64,000 nucleotides of DNA from an uncultured Gemmatimonadota bacterium (GTDB lineage: Bacteria; Gemmatimonadota; Gemmatimonadetes; Palauibacterales; Palauibacteraceae): positions 2,586-66,585 of the forward strand of contig CAZVIY010000008.1 of NCBI GenBank assembly GCA_964627425.1. The letters run 5' to 3'. Position 1 is the stretch's first letter. Every line of letters starts with the position of its first letter. Position numbers and translations under genes: made by a program. Shown piece after piece: positions 1 through 8,796 of the stretch. The notes under the pieces are model-generated. The model had not been told where the DNA came from. It did no database searches and worked only from the letters and a program-made list of their open reading frames with translations.

Positions 1-1842
1 CGGAGAGGTCCGGAGGAGTCGGTCCAGCAGCCGGGCCTTCTCGGCCAGCTCGCCCCGGCGGTCCAGGAGGACGGCCAGGTTGTTGGCGGCGTTCCGGTGA
101 TCGGGCTGCAGCTCCAGCGCCTTCCGGTAGGCCTCCACGGGAGCCTCCCCTCCCTCCAGGACCCACAGGGCGTCGCCGAGCTCCGCGTAGCCGTCGGCGA
201 GCTCCGGATCCAGCTCGATGGCCCGGCGGGCAGCACGGCGCCCCGAGTCCGCCCACCCCTCCGACCATTCCAGTCTCCAGGACCGACCCACGTAGGCGTC
301 CGCCAGCCCCGCCCAGGCCCCGGCGAAGGCGGAATCCAGCTCGATCGCCCGGCGATAGAGCTCGATCCGCTGACGGTTCGCCTCCTCCCTGGCTTCCCGG
401 CGATCGTCCAGCCGCTCCGCGTGCAGATAGAGCTCGTAGGCGGCCGTGTTCTGCGTGGGGACCGAGGCCACCCGACGCTCGTCCTCGGCGGTGAGCTCCA
501 CCTCCAGCGCCGCCACGATCCGTCGGGTGAGCTCCTCCTGGATCTCGAAGAGGTTCCGTGCAGTGAGCTCCCGTCGGTAGCTCTCCGCCCACAGGTGGCG
601 ATCGGCGCGCGCGTCGATGAGCTGGGCGTTCACCTGGACCTGGTCGCCGACCCGCTGGACCTCCCCCTCGAGGATCCATCCCACGCCCAGCGCTCCGGCG
701 ATCTCCGGCAGGGGCTCCCGAGCCTCCCGGTACCGACGGACCGAGGTCCCGGAAACGACCGTGAGACCGGTGATCCTGGCCAGCCGTGATATCAGATCGG
801 CGTGAATCCCCGCGGCGAAGTCGTCCCCCCGGTCCTCTCCCAGGGACTCGAAGGGGAGCACGGCGATGGAGCGGTCCCCCTCCCGGGCTCCGGGCATCCC
901 GCCGCGGTCGTCCATCGCGTCCGCGAGGAGCAGGCCGGCGGCGAGCAGCACGCCGGCGACGAGCGTGCCGTAGACGGCGCGGCGGGAGCCGCTCTTCTCC
1001 TCCTTCTCGCGAACCCGGCGTCCGGACCCGGCTTCCTCCCCGGTCGTGCCGGGAACCGACGATGGAGGCGCCCACGCGGTCTCCCCTGACGGTGGATCCC
1101 CGACTCGCGTCGGGACCTCCTCCGAGGGCGAGCGTGCCCGCAGCTCCTCCGCCAGCTCTCCCACCGTGGGATCCGGCGACGCCCCCAGCTCCTCCCTCAT
1201 CAGCCGTTCGTGAGCACGAGCGGCCCGGAGAGCCGCCGCGGGGTTGCCCGCCTCCGCCAGCGCCTCCATGAGCCTGCCTACGACGCGCGAGTCGTACGGG
1301 TCCTCGCCCGCCCGTGTCCGCCACCAGCCCGCCGCCGTCGAGGGGTCCCCCCGTTCCTCGGCCGCCTCGGCCAGCGCCTCCAGCGCGCTCCGGTAGTCCC
1401 GGGCCAATCGGTCCCTGACGGCGTCCACCCGCTTCTCGAAGGCGGGCGATCCGCCGAGCCGGAAGCCGTCGAGGAACGGGCCGGCGTAGCGGTCGACCGC
1501 CGCCCCGTAGTCCTCCTCTTCCAAGGATCGCTCGAACCGCCAGACGTCGCACGCGAGTGCGTCGTCGTTCAGCCGGAGCTCGTCGCCCGCGCTGATCAGC
1601 ACGTCCTCGCCCAGCTCGCCCCGGACGTTGTGGACGCACGTGTTCAGGCGACCCCGGGCCCTCTTTTCGGGCGAGTCGGTCCACAGGAGCCCTGCCAGCT
1701 TGCCTCGCGTCATCGTTCGTGACGGCGCCGTGGCCAGGAGGGCCAGGAGGGCGAGAGGATGGCGCCGGGCGGCGACGCCGGTCAGGGGAGAACCGGAATC
1801 GTCCTCGAGGAGGGCGCCTCCGAGGAGCTTCAGCCGTGCCAT
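1..1842 (-). CDS. SARP/BTAD-type transcriptional regulator fused to TM segment, TolB-N-like region and TPR repeats (partial; C-terminus runs off window start)
   Basis: Absent from the ORF track because there is no stop inside the window. I checked all 614 reverse-frame codons from the ATG (plus-strand cat 1840-1842) down to base 1 and found no stop. Translation starts MARLKLLGGALLEDDSGSPLTGVAARRHPLALLALLA and contains BTAD-like DVWRFERSLEEEDYGAAVDRYAGPFLDGF. The C-terminal half aligns with the 36991-38823 product (VQVNAQLIDARADRHLWAESYRREL vs IQVNAQLIDPRTETHAWADTYRRDL). Confidence 0.75.
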   Translation of the reverse strand, partial: MARLKLLGGALLEDDSGSPLTGVAARRHPLALLALLATAPSRTMTRGKLAGLLWTDSPEKRARGRLNTCVHNVRGELGEDVLISAGDELRLNDDALACDVWRFERSLEEEDYGAAVDRYAGPFLDGFRLGGSPAFEKRVDAVRDRLARDYRSALEALAEAAEERGDPSTAAGWWRTRAGEDPYDSRVVGRLMEALAEAGNPAAALRAARAHERLMREELGASPDPTVGELAEELRARSPSEEVPTRVGDPPSGETAWAPPSSVPGTTGEEAGSGRRVREKEEKSGSRRAVYGTLVAGVLLAAGLLLADAMDDRGGMPGAREGDRSIAVLPFESLGEDRGDDFAAGIHADLISRLARITGLTVVSGTSVRRYREAREPLPEIAGALGVGWILEGEVQRVGDQVQVNAQLIDARADRHLWAESYRRELTARNLFEIQEELTRRIVAALEVELTAEDERRVASVPTQNTAAYELYLHAERLDDRREAREEANRQRIELYRRAIELDSAFAGAWAGLADAYVGRSWRLEWSEGWADSGRRAARRAIELDPELADGYAELGDALWVLEGGEAPVEAYRKALELQPDHRNAANNLAVLLDRRGELAEKARLLDRLLRTSP

Positions 1843-1869
1843 GCCCACCGAGTTGACGGAGAGTTGACC

Positions 1870-3417
1870 ATGGGTCCACCGGGCGTTGACCGGTCGACAA
1901 CCAATTTAGCCGCGCTTCAGCACGTAAACCACAGTGGCGCCCGAGCGCGCCGGGAGGTCCCCATCGACGAGCACCGGCTCCTGTATGTGCTGCTGGCGCT
2001 GCCGGCGGCAGGGCTCGTGGCCTGCGGCGGGGACGGCGGCGGCTCCACCGGGCCCGACGATCCGGACGACGACCCGGGCCGGACCGTCGCCTCCGTGGAG
2101 GTGAGCCCGGACACGGCCGCCGCCTCGGAGCCGGGCGAGACCGTCCGGTTCGAGGCCGAGGCCCGGGACGCGGACGGGAGGGCCGTCTCCGGCGTCTCCT
2201 TCACCTGGTCCAGCTCCGACGGCTCGGTGGCCACCGTGGACGGCGGGGGCACGGCGGCCGCGGAGGCGAACGGCGCCGCCGACATCGAGGCCACGGCGTC
2301 GGGGGTCACCGGGAGCGCCCACCTGGCCGTGCGCGCCGGGGAGCTGCGCTGGCACCGCGTCACGGCGGGTCCCTTCAACAGCTGCGGCGTGACCACCCAC
2401 GGCACGGTCTACTGCTGGGGCTCGAACCGGCACGGCGAGCTCGGCGACGACGGACCCGGCCGATCGAGTCCCGTGCATACCGAGAGCGGGCTGTATTTCA
2501 CCGACGTGCGGAGCAGCGGCCAGACCTGTGCCCTCGCCTTCGACGGCAGTCCCTACTGCTGGGGATCGAGCGCCGCCGGAGAGCGGGGCGACGGCACCAC
2601 GGGGGACAGTCCCACCCACTCGCCGGTGAGCACGACGGAGCCGTTCGACGGACTCACCACCGGCGGCAACCATACGTGCGGCGTGGCGGCCGACGGCACC
2701 GCCTACTGCTGGGGCCTGAACGGAAGTGGACAGCTCGGCGACGGGACCACGACCGACCGCCACGAGCCCGTCCCCGTCGAGGGAGATCTGAGATTCCGGC
2801 AGGTGAGCGCCGGCCGGGCCCCCATCGACAACCACACGTGCGGGACGACCACCGGTGGCGAAGCCTACTGCTGGGGCCCCAACGGGAACGGCGAGCTGGG
2901 CGACGGGACCACCCAGGACCGACACGAACCCGTCCCGGTCGAGGGTGATCTCACCTTCGACCAGATCAGCACCGGCGGCGGCCACACCTGCGCGGTGACG
3001 GCCGAGGGGACCGCCTACTGCTGGGGCGCGAACTCCACCGGGCAACTCGGCGACGGAGCGAACACCGAACGACACGAACCCGTCCCGGTGGATGGCGACC
3101 TCACCTTCAGCGTGATCGGCGCCGGGGCCGATCACACCTGCGGGCTCACCACCGACGGGGTGGCCTACTGCTGGGGCGAGAACGGCACAGGGCAGGTCGG
3201 GGACGGGACCACGCAGCGTCGGTCGGCTCCGACCGAAGTGGCCGGGGGGCACGCCTTCGCCCGGCTCCACGTGGGCAACGACCACAGCTGCGGCGTGACG
3301 ACCGGTGGCACCGCCTACTGCTGGGGAAACAACTCGGACGGTCAGCTCGGAGACGGGACGAGCGAAAGGTTCCAGAGCGAGCCCAGCAGGGTGCCGGATC
3401 CCGGAGAGATCGACTGA
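1870..3417 (+). CDS. Lipoprotein with Big_2 (Ig-like) domain followed by RCC1-type beta-propeller repeats
   Basis: ORF 1759-3417. Lipobox-like LLALPAAGLVAC. Repeated YCWGxNxxGQLGDGTT motifs (RCC1-like). Start uncertain: ATG 1870 was chosen because 1759 would overlap the divergent regulator. Confidence 0.8.
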   Translation: MGPPGVDRSTTNLAALQHVNHSGARARREVPIDEHRLLYVLLALPAAGLVACGGDGGGSTGPDDPDDDPGRTVASVEVSPDTAAASEPGETVRFEAEARDADGRAVSGVSFTWSSSDGSVATVDGGGTAAAEANGAADIEATASGVTGSAHLAVRAGELRWHRVTAGPFNSCGVTTHGTVYCWGSNRHGELGDDGPGRSSPVHTESGLYFTDVRSSGQTCALAFDGSPYCWGSSAAGERGDGTTGDSPTHSPVSTTEPFDGLTTGGNHTCGVAADGTAYCWGLNGSGQLGDGTTTDRHEPVPVEGDLRFRQVSAGRAPIDNHTCGTTTGGEAYCWGPNGNGELGDGTTQDRHEPVPVEGDLTFDQISTGGGHTCAVTAEGTAYCWGANSTGQLGDGANTERHEPVPVDGDLTFSVIGAGADHTCGLTTDGVAYCWGENGTGQVGDGTTQRRSAPTEVAGGHAFARLHVGNDHSCGVTTGGTAYCWGNNSDGQLGDGTSERFQSEPSRVPDPGEID

Positions 3418-3449
3418 CCTCGCGAGCCTTTCACGTCGAGGAGTCCTCC

Positions 3450-4970
3450 ATGACGGATGTCGACACGTCGCGCCACCCTGCCATGAGTGTCCCCTGGGGC
3501 CCCGCACCGGGACACCTCCTCACATCCGCCGCCGCCCTCCTGGCCCTCCCCCTGCTCTCAGCCTGCGGTGGAGATGGCGGCGGCTCCACCGGGCCCGACG
3601 ATCCGGACGACGACCCGGGCCGGACCGTCGCCTCCGTGGAGGTGAGCCCGGACACGGCCGCCGCCTCGGAGCCGGGCGAGACCGTCCGGTTCGAGGCCGA
3701 GGCCCGGGACGCGGACGGGAGGGCCGTCTCCGGCGTCTCCTTCACCTGGTCCAGCTCCGACGGCTCGGTGGCCACCGTGGACGGCGGGGGCACGGCGGCC
3801 GCGGAGGCGAACGGCGCCGCCGACATCGAGGCCACGGCGGCGGGCGTCACCGGGAGCGCCTACCTGGCCGTGCGCGCCGGGGAGCTTACCTGGCACCGGA
3901 TCCGGGCGGGCAACGTCTTCGGCTGCGGGCTCACCACCCACGGAACGGCGTTCTGCTGGGGCGACAACGTCCACGGCGAGCTCGGAAACGGGGAGACTAC
4001 CCAGACACAGCTCACGCCCGTCCGGGTCCGTGCTCGCCTGTACTTCCGGCAGCTCACCCTCGGCGGCGGCCACATCTGTGCCCTCTCCTGGGACCGCACC
4101 GCCTTCTGCTGGGGCGCCACCGGCTTCGGGGAGGGAGGCTACGGCGAAGAGAAGGGCGTCCAGACCGATCCCGTGGAGGTGAGCGGGGGACACACCTTCC
4201 GCCAGATCGTCGCCAGCGGAAGCCACACCTGCGCCGTTCGGACCGACGGCGCGGCATACTGCTGGGGAATCAACACCCGCGGGGGGCTCGGCGACGGAAC
4301 GACCCGGAACCGGTCCACGCCGGTCCAGGTGAGCGGCGGGCACACCTTCGAGAGCATCAGGGCGCCCGCCGTTCCTGCCAAGAACTTCACCTGCGGCACC
4401 ACCGACGCAGGAGAGATCTACTGCTGGGGTGCGAACTCCAGCGGCCAGCTCGGCGACGGGACCACCGAGGACCGCCACGAGCCCGTCAGGGTGGCGAGCG
4501 ACCTCACCTTCTCGGGGGTGGCCACGGGCGGCGGACACACCTGCGCCGTGACCGACGACGGAGCTGCCTTCTGCTGGGGCGCGAATTCCAGCGGCCAGCT
4601 CGGCGACGGGACCACCGAGGATCGGCTCGAGCCGGTCGAGGTGAGCGGCGGGCACGACTGGCAGCTCCTCACCGCCGGGGCCAGCCACACCTGCGGACTG
4701 GCCGTCGACGGGGCCGCCTACTGCTGGGGTTCCAACGGTCGGGGCCAGCTCGGCGACGGGACCACCCGGGTCCGCGCCACCCCCGTCGAGGTGGTCGGCG
4801 GACTCGACTTCCGGCACATCGAGGTGGGCGAGACGCACACCTGCGGGACCACGACCGCCGGCGCAGGCTACTGCTGGGGTCACAACCGCCAGGGGAAGCT
4901 CGGCACCGGCGACGGGGAGAACCGGACGGAGGCGGCTCGCCTCGCCGATCCCGCCGACCTGGGCGGCTGA
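3450..4970 (+). CDS. Lipoprotein with Big_2 domain and RCC1-type repeats (tandem paralog of 1870-3417)
   Basis: ORF 3450-4970. Lipobox LLALPLLSAC. Its N-terminal 88 aa are identical to the neighbouring gene. Repeated (Y/F)CWGxNxxGQLGDGTT motifs. Alternative start at the internal MSVPWG (3483). Confidence 0.8.
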   Translation: MTDVDTSRHPAMSVPWGPAPGHLLTSAAALLALPLLSACGGDGGGSTGPDDPDDDPGRTVASVEVSPDTAAASEPGETVRFEAEARDADGRAVSGVSFTWSSSDGSVATVDGGGTAAAEANGAADIEATAAGVTGSAYLAVRAGELTWHRIRAGNVFGCGLTTHGTAFCWGDNVHGELGNGETTQTQLTPVRVRARLYFRQLTLGGGHICALSWDRTAFCWGATGFGEGGYGEEKGVQTDPVEVSGGHTFRQIVASGSHTCAVRTDGAAYCWGINTRGGLGDGTTRNRSTPVQVSGGHTFESIRAPAVPAKNFTCGTTDAGEIYCWGANSSGQLGDGTTEDRHEPVRVASDLTFSGVATGGGHTCAVTDDGAAFCWGANSSGQLGDGTTEDRLEPVEVSGGHDWQLLTAGASHTCGLAVDGAAYCWGSNGRGQLGDGTTRVRATPVEVVGGLDFRHIEVGETHTCGTTTAGAGYCWGHNRQGKLGTGDGENRTEAARLADPADLGG

Positions 4971-5085
4971 GACCGCCGGAGCCGGTGACGCGGCGACTCC
5001 CCCCGTCTGGCGTCAGCCGCTGGCGTAAAGGTATGTTCGCCCCCGTCGCGCGCACGACGTCTCCCTCCCGGGCCCCGGAGGCCAC

Positions 5086-8000
5086 ATGGAACCACTTCGC
5101 CGGCTCCAGACGGCCCTCGAGTCACTCGACCGGGGGCAGGTCTTCCGGCTGGCGTCCCTGACCGGCCTCTTCTTCCTCATCATCTGCGCGGTGGGCATCC
5201 TCCGGCCCATCAAGAACGCCCTGGCACTGGAGGGGCTCGCCGAAGGTCAGTTCTACCGGGTCTACCTGGTGAGCGCCGGCGTGGTGCTCTTCGTGCCCCT
5301 GTTCAACCGGCTCGCCGACCGGATCCCCTGGCGCCGGCTCCTGCCGCTCACCGCGATCTTCTTCGCCGTCCTGCTGCTGGGGTTCCGCGCCCGGTACGAC
5401 GCGGGGAGCGCGGCCTTCGGACTGCTCTTCTACGGATGGTACGACCTGATCGCCGCCGTCCTGGTCACCCAGTTCTTCATGGCCACCCAGCTGGTGTTCG
5501 ACGCCCGGGAGGCGAAGAAGTTCTATCCGGTGGTCATCGCCGGGGGCTCGCTGGGCGCCACCCTCGGCGGCGCCGTCACCGGCTTCACCGCCGAACGGGT
5601 GGGGCTGCCGAACCTCATGCTGGTGGCGGCGGTCCTGATCGTGGCCTTCGCCGTCATCCTGCCGCTCCTGTGGCGGGAGGAGCCGCCCGTGGCCGAGGGG
5701 ATCGAGGTCCTCGGCTCCGAGGACGAGCGGAGCTTTCCGGGGCTCCGGGAGCTCGCCCGGGTGTTCGGGAACCGTCAGGTCCGCCTCATCACCTTCGCCG
5801 TGCTCCTCACGGTGATGATCAAGCAACTCGTGGACTACCAGTTCAACACGATCACCGAACAGGTCTACGTGACCGCCGGCGGGATCAGCGAGTTCCAGGG
5901 CTGGTTCAACGCCGCCACCCAGTGGCTCCCCCTGCTGGTGCTCGGGGCCCTCGGCCCGGTCCTGCGCCGGTGGGGCGTGGGCGTGGTGCTCTTCATGTTC
6001 CCCGTCTTCATGGTGCTGGCCAACGTCGGTCTGGCGGCCACCTGGTCCCTGGCGGCGGCGGTGGTGGCCAAGGGCGGGGACACGGGCATACGCTACGCGG
6101 CCGAGCGCACCTCCCGGGAGATCCTCTACGTGCCCATCCCCGAGGACCTCAAGCTCCGGGCGAAGGGCTGGATCGACGTGGCCGTGGAGAAGGGCCTGGG
6201 GAAGGCCCTCTCGGCCTTCGCCATCTTCGGCCTCCTCCAGGTCATCGATTTCCGGCAGGTGGGCTGGGTGGCCGCGGGCCTCGCCGCCGGGGCCGTCGCT
6301 CTCTCCCGGATGCTCCGTGCGGAATACGTGGAGAGCCTGGCCAGCTCCCTGGAGACCGGAGTGGCGAGCGTCCGAGGTGTCTACGCCTCTCTCACCGGGG
6401 CCGAGGGGCTCCCGGCGCTCCGCCGCATCCTCCGCGAGGGCGACGTCGGCCGGACCGCCTTCGTCCTGGAGCTCCTGGGGAAGAGCGCGCCCGAGGACCG
6501 CCGTGCGCTGCGCGAGGAGGTGACGGAGCTCCTGTCCCACCCGGAACCCTCGATCCGACGCAAAGCGCTGGAGCTCCTGGCCGCCGAGCCGGACAACCTG
6601 GAGGAGAGTGCACTCGCTCCCCTCCTCCGGGACGAGGAGGACTCGGTCCGCGAGGCCGCCGTGGTGGCGCTGGCCACCCTCGTCCCGGACCGCGAGCTCC
6701 CGGGCCGGCTCCGCGAGCTCCTGGAAGACCACGACCCCCGCGTCCGCCGTGCCCTCCTCTCCCGACTCGCCCGGGGGCGGCTGCCCGTCCATCCCGACGC
6801 GGTGCTCGGCGACGACTACCTCCGGGAGCTCGATCCCGGGGCGGACGCCCCCCCGGAGGCCCGGCTGGAGTCGGCCCTGGCGGCGGGCGCCCTGACCCAC
6901 GAGCCAGCCGAGGCGCGCCGGAGGCTGTCGGAGCTCATGGAGGACCCCGATCCCCGAGTGGCGGCGGCGGCGCTGCGGAGCGCCGGCTGGCTGGGCGACC
7001 CGGAGCTGGATCGGAGGATCGTGGCGGCCCTGGCTCGCCCACGAGCGCGAGCGGCCGCCGCCGACGCCCTGGTGGACCGCGGGCGGGAGGTGCTGGGGCT
7101 CCTGTCCAGCCGGCTGGCCGACGTGGGCGAGGATCCCGCCGTCCGGCGGCACCTCCCTTCGGTCATGGCCCGGATCCCGTCGCAGGAGACCGTGGACGCG
7201 CTCCTCGCCTCCTACGCCGCGCCCGAGACCGACCAGCTCCTGGACTACCGGACGCTCAAGGCGCTCAACAAGCTCCGGGACCGGCGGGCGGAGGACTACC
7301 GGTTCCCTCGGGAGATCGTGGTCGAGGTCCTGGACCGGGAGGTGGGGGCCTACCGCGAGTACGGCCGGGCGGAACGAGCACTGGAGGAGGTCGCCTCCGG
7401 GGGCGAAGGCACGCGTCTGCTGCACCGCTCCGTCGGGGAGGCCCGGGCGAAGCGGAGGGAATCGGCCTTCCGCTGCCTGGGGCTGATCCTCCCTCCCCGC
7501 GACGTCTACCGCTGTTTCCTCGCCGTGACCCGGGGAGACCGGAAGGCGCGGGCCAACGCCCTGGAGTGGGTGGAATACGAGGGCGACCGCGATCTCTACC
7601 GACGGCTCCGCCCCGTCCTGGAGGATGGCCGGGGGCGAGCCCCCGGCGGCGAGGGCGATTCCCTGGAGCACCTCCTCCGGCTGGCCTGGGACAAGGACCG
7701 CTGGATCGCCCGGTGCGCCCTCTGGTCCATGGGGGAGCTCGTCCCCGACCGCACGGACGACGTCCTGGATGACTTTCGGAACCCCGACCCCCATCTTGAA
7801 AAGCTGGCCGACCGGCTCCGACGAGGGGCCTGGGGACCGGCCGCATCCCGAAGCGAGGGAGAGAGCTCCATGGAGACCATCGAGAAGGTGTTCCTCCTCA
7901 AGGACGTGGACGTCCTGGCGGGCGCGGACGCCTCGCACCTGGCCCTGGTGGCCGAGCTCGCCGAGGAGGTGAGGGCCGAGGAGGAGGCGCGGCTCCTGCA

Positions 8001-8283
8001 GCGCGGGCGTCCTTCCTCCGCCATGTACGTGCTGCTCGACGGCGCGGTGGAGCTGGAGGGCGAGTCGCAGGAGCTCCGCCTGGACCGGCGGGGCGACGCC
8101 TTCGGCACATGGGCCCTGATCGACGCGGAGCCCAGCCTGGTGGACGCCCGCGCCGCCGAGGTCACCCGGCTCCTCCGGGTCCGCCGCGCCCGCTTCGAGG
8201 ACCTCCTGGCCGACAACCCGGAGCTGGCGCTGGACCTCCTGAGCGGGCTCTCCCGACGTGTGCGCCGGGTCCTGACGGGATGA
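5086..8283 (+). CDS. Multidomain membrane protein: N-terminal MFS/TLC(Npt1)-like transporter domain, HEAT-repeat region, C-terminal cyclic-nucleotide-binding domain
   Basis: 1065-aa ORF. About 400 aa of multi-TM N-terminus (LRPIKNALAL..., typical of ATP/ADP-translocase-like MFS). Repeated DPxVRxAA HEAT-like units (DSVREAAVVALA, DPRVRRALLSRL, DPRVAAAALRSAG). C-terminal cNMP-binding beta-roll (AMYVLLDGAVELEG...GDAFGTWALID). Confidence 0.8.
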   Translation: MEPLRRLQTALESLDRGQVFRLASLTGLFFLIICAVGILRPIKNALALEGLAEGQFYRVYLVSAGVVLFVPLFNRLADRIPWRRLLPLTAIFFAVLLLGFRARYDAGSAAFGLLFYGWYDLIAAVLVTQFFMATQLVFDAREAKKFYPVVIAGGSLGATLGGAVTGFTAERVGLPNLMLVAAVLIVAFAVILPLLWREEPPVAEGIEVLGSEDERSFPGLRELARVFGNRQVRLITFAVLLTVMIKQLVDYQFNTITEQVYVTAGGISEFQGWFNAATQWLPLLVLGALGPVLRRWGVGVVLFMFPVFMVLANVGLAATWSLAAAVVAKGGDTGIRYAAERTSREILYVPIPEDLKLRAKGWIDVAVEKGLGKALSAFAIFGLLQVIDFRQVGWVAAGLAAGAVALSRMLRAEYVESLASSLETGVASVRGVYASLTGAEGLPALRRILREGDVGRTAFVLELLGKSAPEDRRALREEVTELLSHPEPSIRRKALELLAAEPDNLEESALAPLLRDEEDSVREAAVVALATLVPDRELPGRLRELLEDHDPRVRRALLSRLARGRLPVHPDAVLGDDYLRELDPGADAPPEARLESALAAGALTHEPAEARRRLSELMEDPDPRVAAAALRSAGWLGDPELDRRIVAALARPRARAAAADALVDRGREVLGLLSSRLADVGEDPAVRRHLPSVMARIPSQETVDALLASYAAPETDQLLDYRTLKALNKLRDRRAEDYRFPREIVVEVLDREVGAYREYGRAERALEEVASGGEGTRLLHRSVGEARAKRRESAFRCLGLILPPRDVYRCFLAVTRGDRKARANALEWVEYEGDRDLYRRLRPVLEDGRGRAPGGEGDSLEHLLRLAWDKDRWIARCALWSMGELVPDRTDDVLDDFRNPDPHLEKLADRLRRGAWGPAASRSEGESSMETIEKVFLLKDVDVLAGADASHLALVAELAEEVRAEEEARLLQRGRPSSAMYVLLDGAVELEGESQELRLDRRGDAFGTWALIDAEPSLVDARAAEVTRLLRVRRARFEDLLADNPELALDLLSGLSRRVRRVLTG

Positions 8284-8313
8284 CGGGGCCGAGGCCATGA
8301 CGTCTCCGAGGCC

Positions 8314-8796
8314 ATGACGTCGCCGGAGGAGCGCCCCACGGTGGGAATCGTCGACGACGAGGAGATGGTCGTCACCTCGCTGGAGAGCTTCCTCCAGCTC
8401 GAGACCGACTACCGGATCATCGGCAGCACCTCCCCCGCCGAGGCCCTCGAGCGGCTCGGCGAGGCGCCGCCCAACGTGGTGGTGGCCGACTTCCTCATGC
8501 CCGCCATGGACGGAATCCAGTTCCTGTCCGAGGTCAAGGACCGCTTCCCCACCGCCACCCGCATCCTCCTCACCGGCTACGCCGACAAGCAGAACGCCAT
8601 CCGGGCCATCAACGAGGTGGGCATCTACCAGTACATGGAGAAGCCCTGGGACAACGAGCAGATCCGCCTCGCCATCCGGAACGGCGTGGAGCGGTCCCGC
8701 CTGCTCCGGGACCTGCAGCAGCATATCACCCGACTCGAGGCGGCGAACGAGGAGGTCTCGGAGCTGCGGGAGCGGATGCTCCGGGCCTTTCTGTGA
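8314..8796 (+). CDS. Stand-alone response regulator receiver protein with C-terminal coiled coil
   Basis: VGIVDDEEMV...VVVADFLMPAMDGIQFL...ILLTGYAD...KPW is a CheY-like receiver signature (DD, phospho-accepting D, T, K). No output domain. Confidence 0.9.
   Translation: MTSPEERPTVGIVDDEEMVVTSLESFLQLETDYRIIGSTSPAEALERLGEAPPNVVVADFLMPAMDGIQFLSEVKDRFPTATRILLTGYADKQNAIRAINEVGIYQYMEKPWDNEQIRLAIRNGVERSRLLRDLQQHITRLEAANEEVSELRERMLRAFL

Noticed and set aside
5122-8724. 1200-aa ORF on the minus strand, the longest in the track. Similar giants occur at 18839-22318 (+), 38835-42236 (+), 54378-57965 (-) and 55670-58369 (+).
   Set aside because: They lie antisense to, or out of frame with, genes that have clear family motifs (the MFS-HEAT-cNMP protein, the GGDEF-EAL proteins, ileS). 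Their translations are monotonous Arg/Pro/Gly/His-rich strings, typical of stop-poor alternative frames in ~70% GC DNA.
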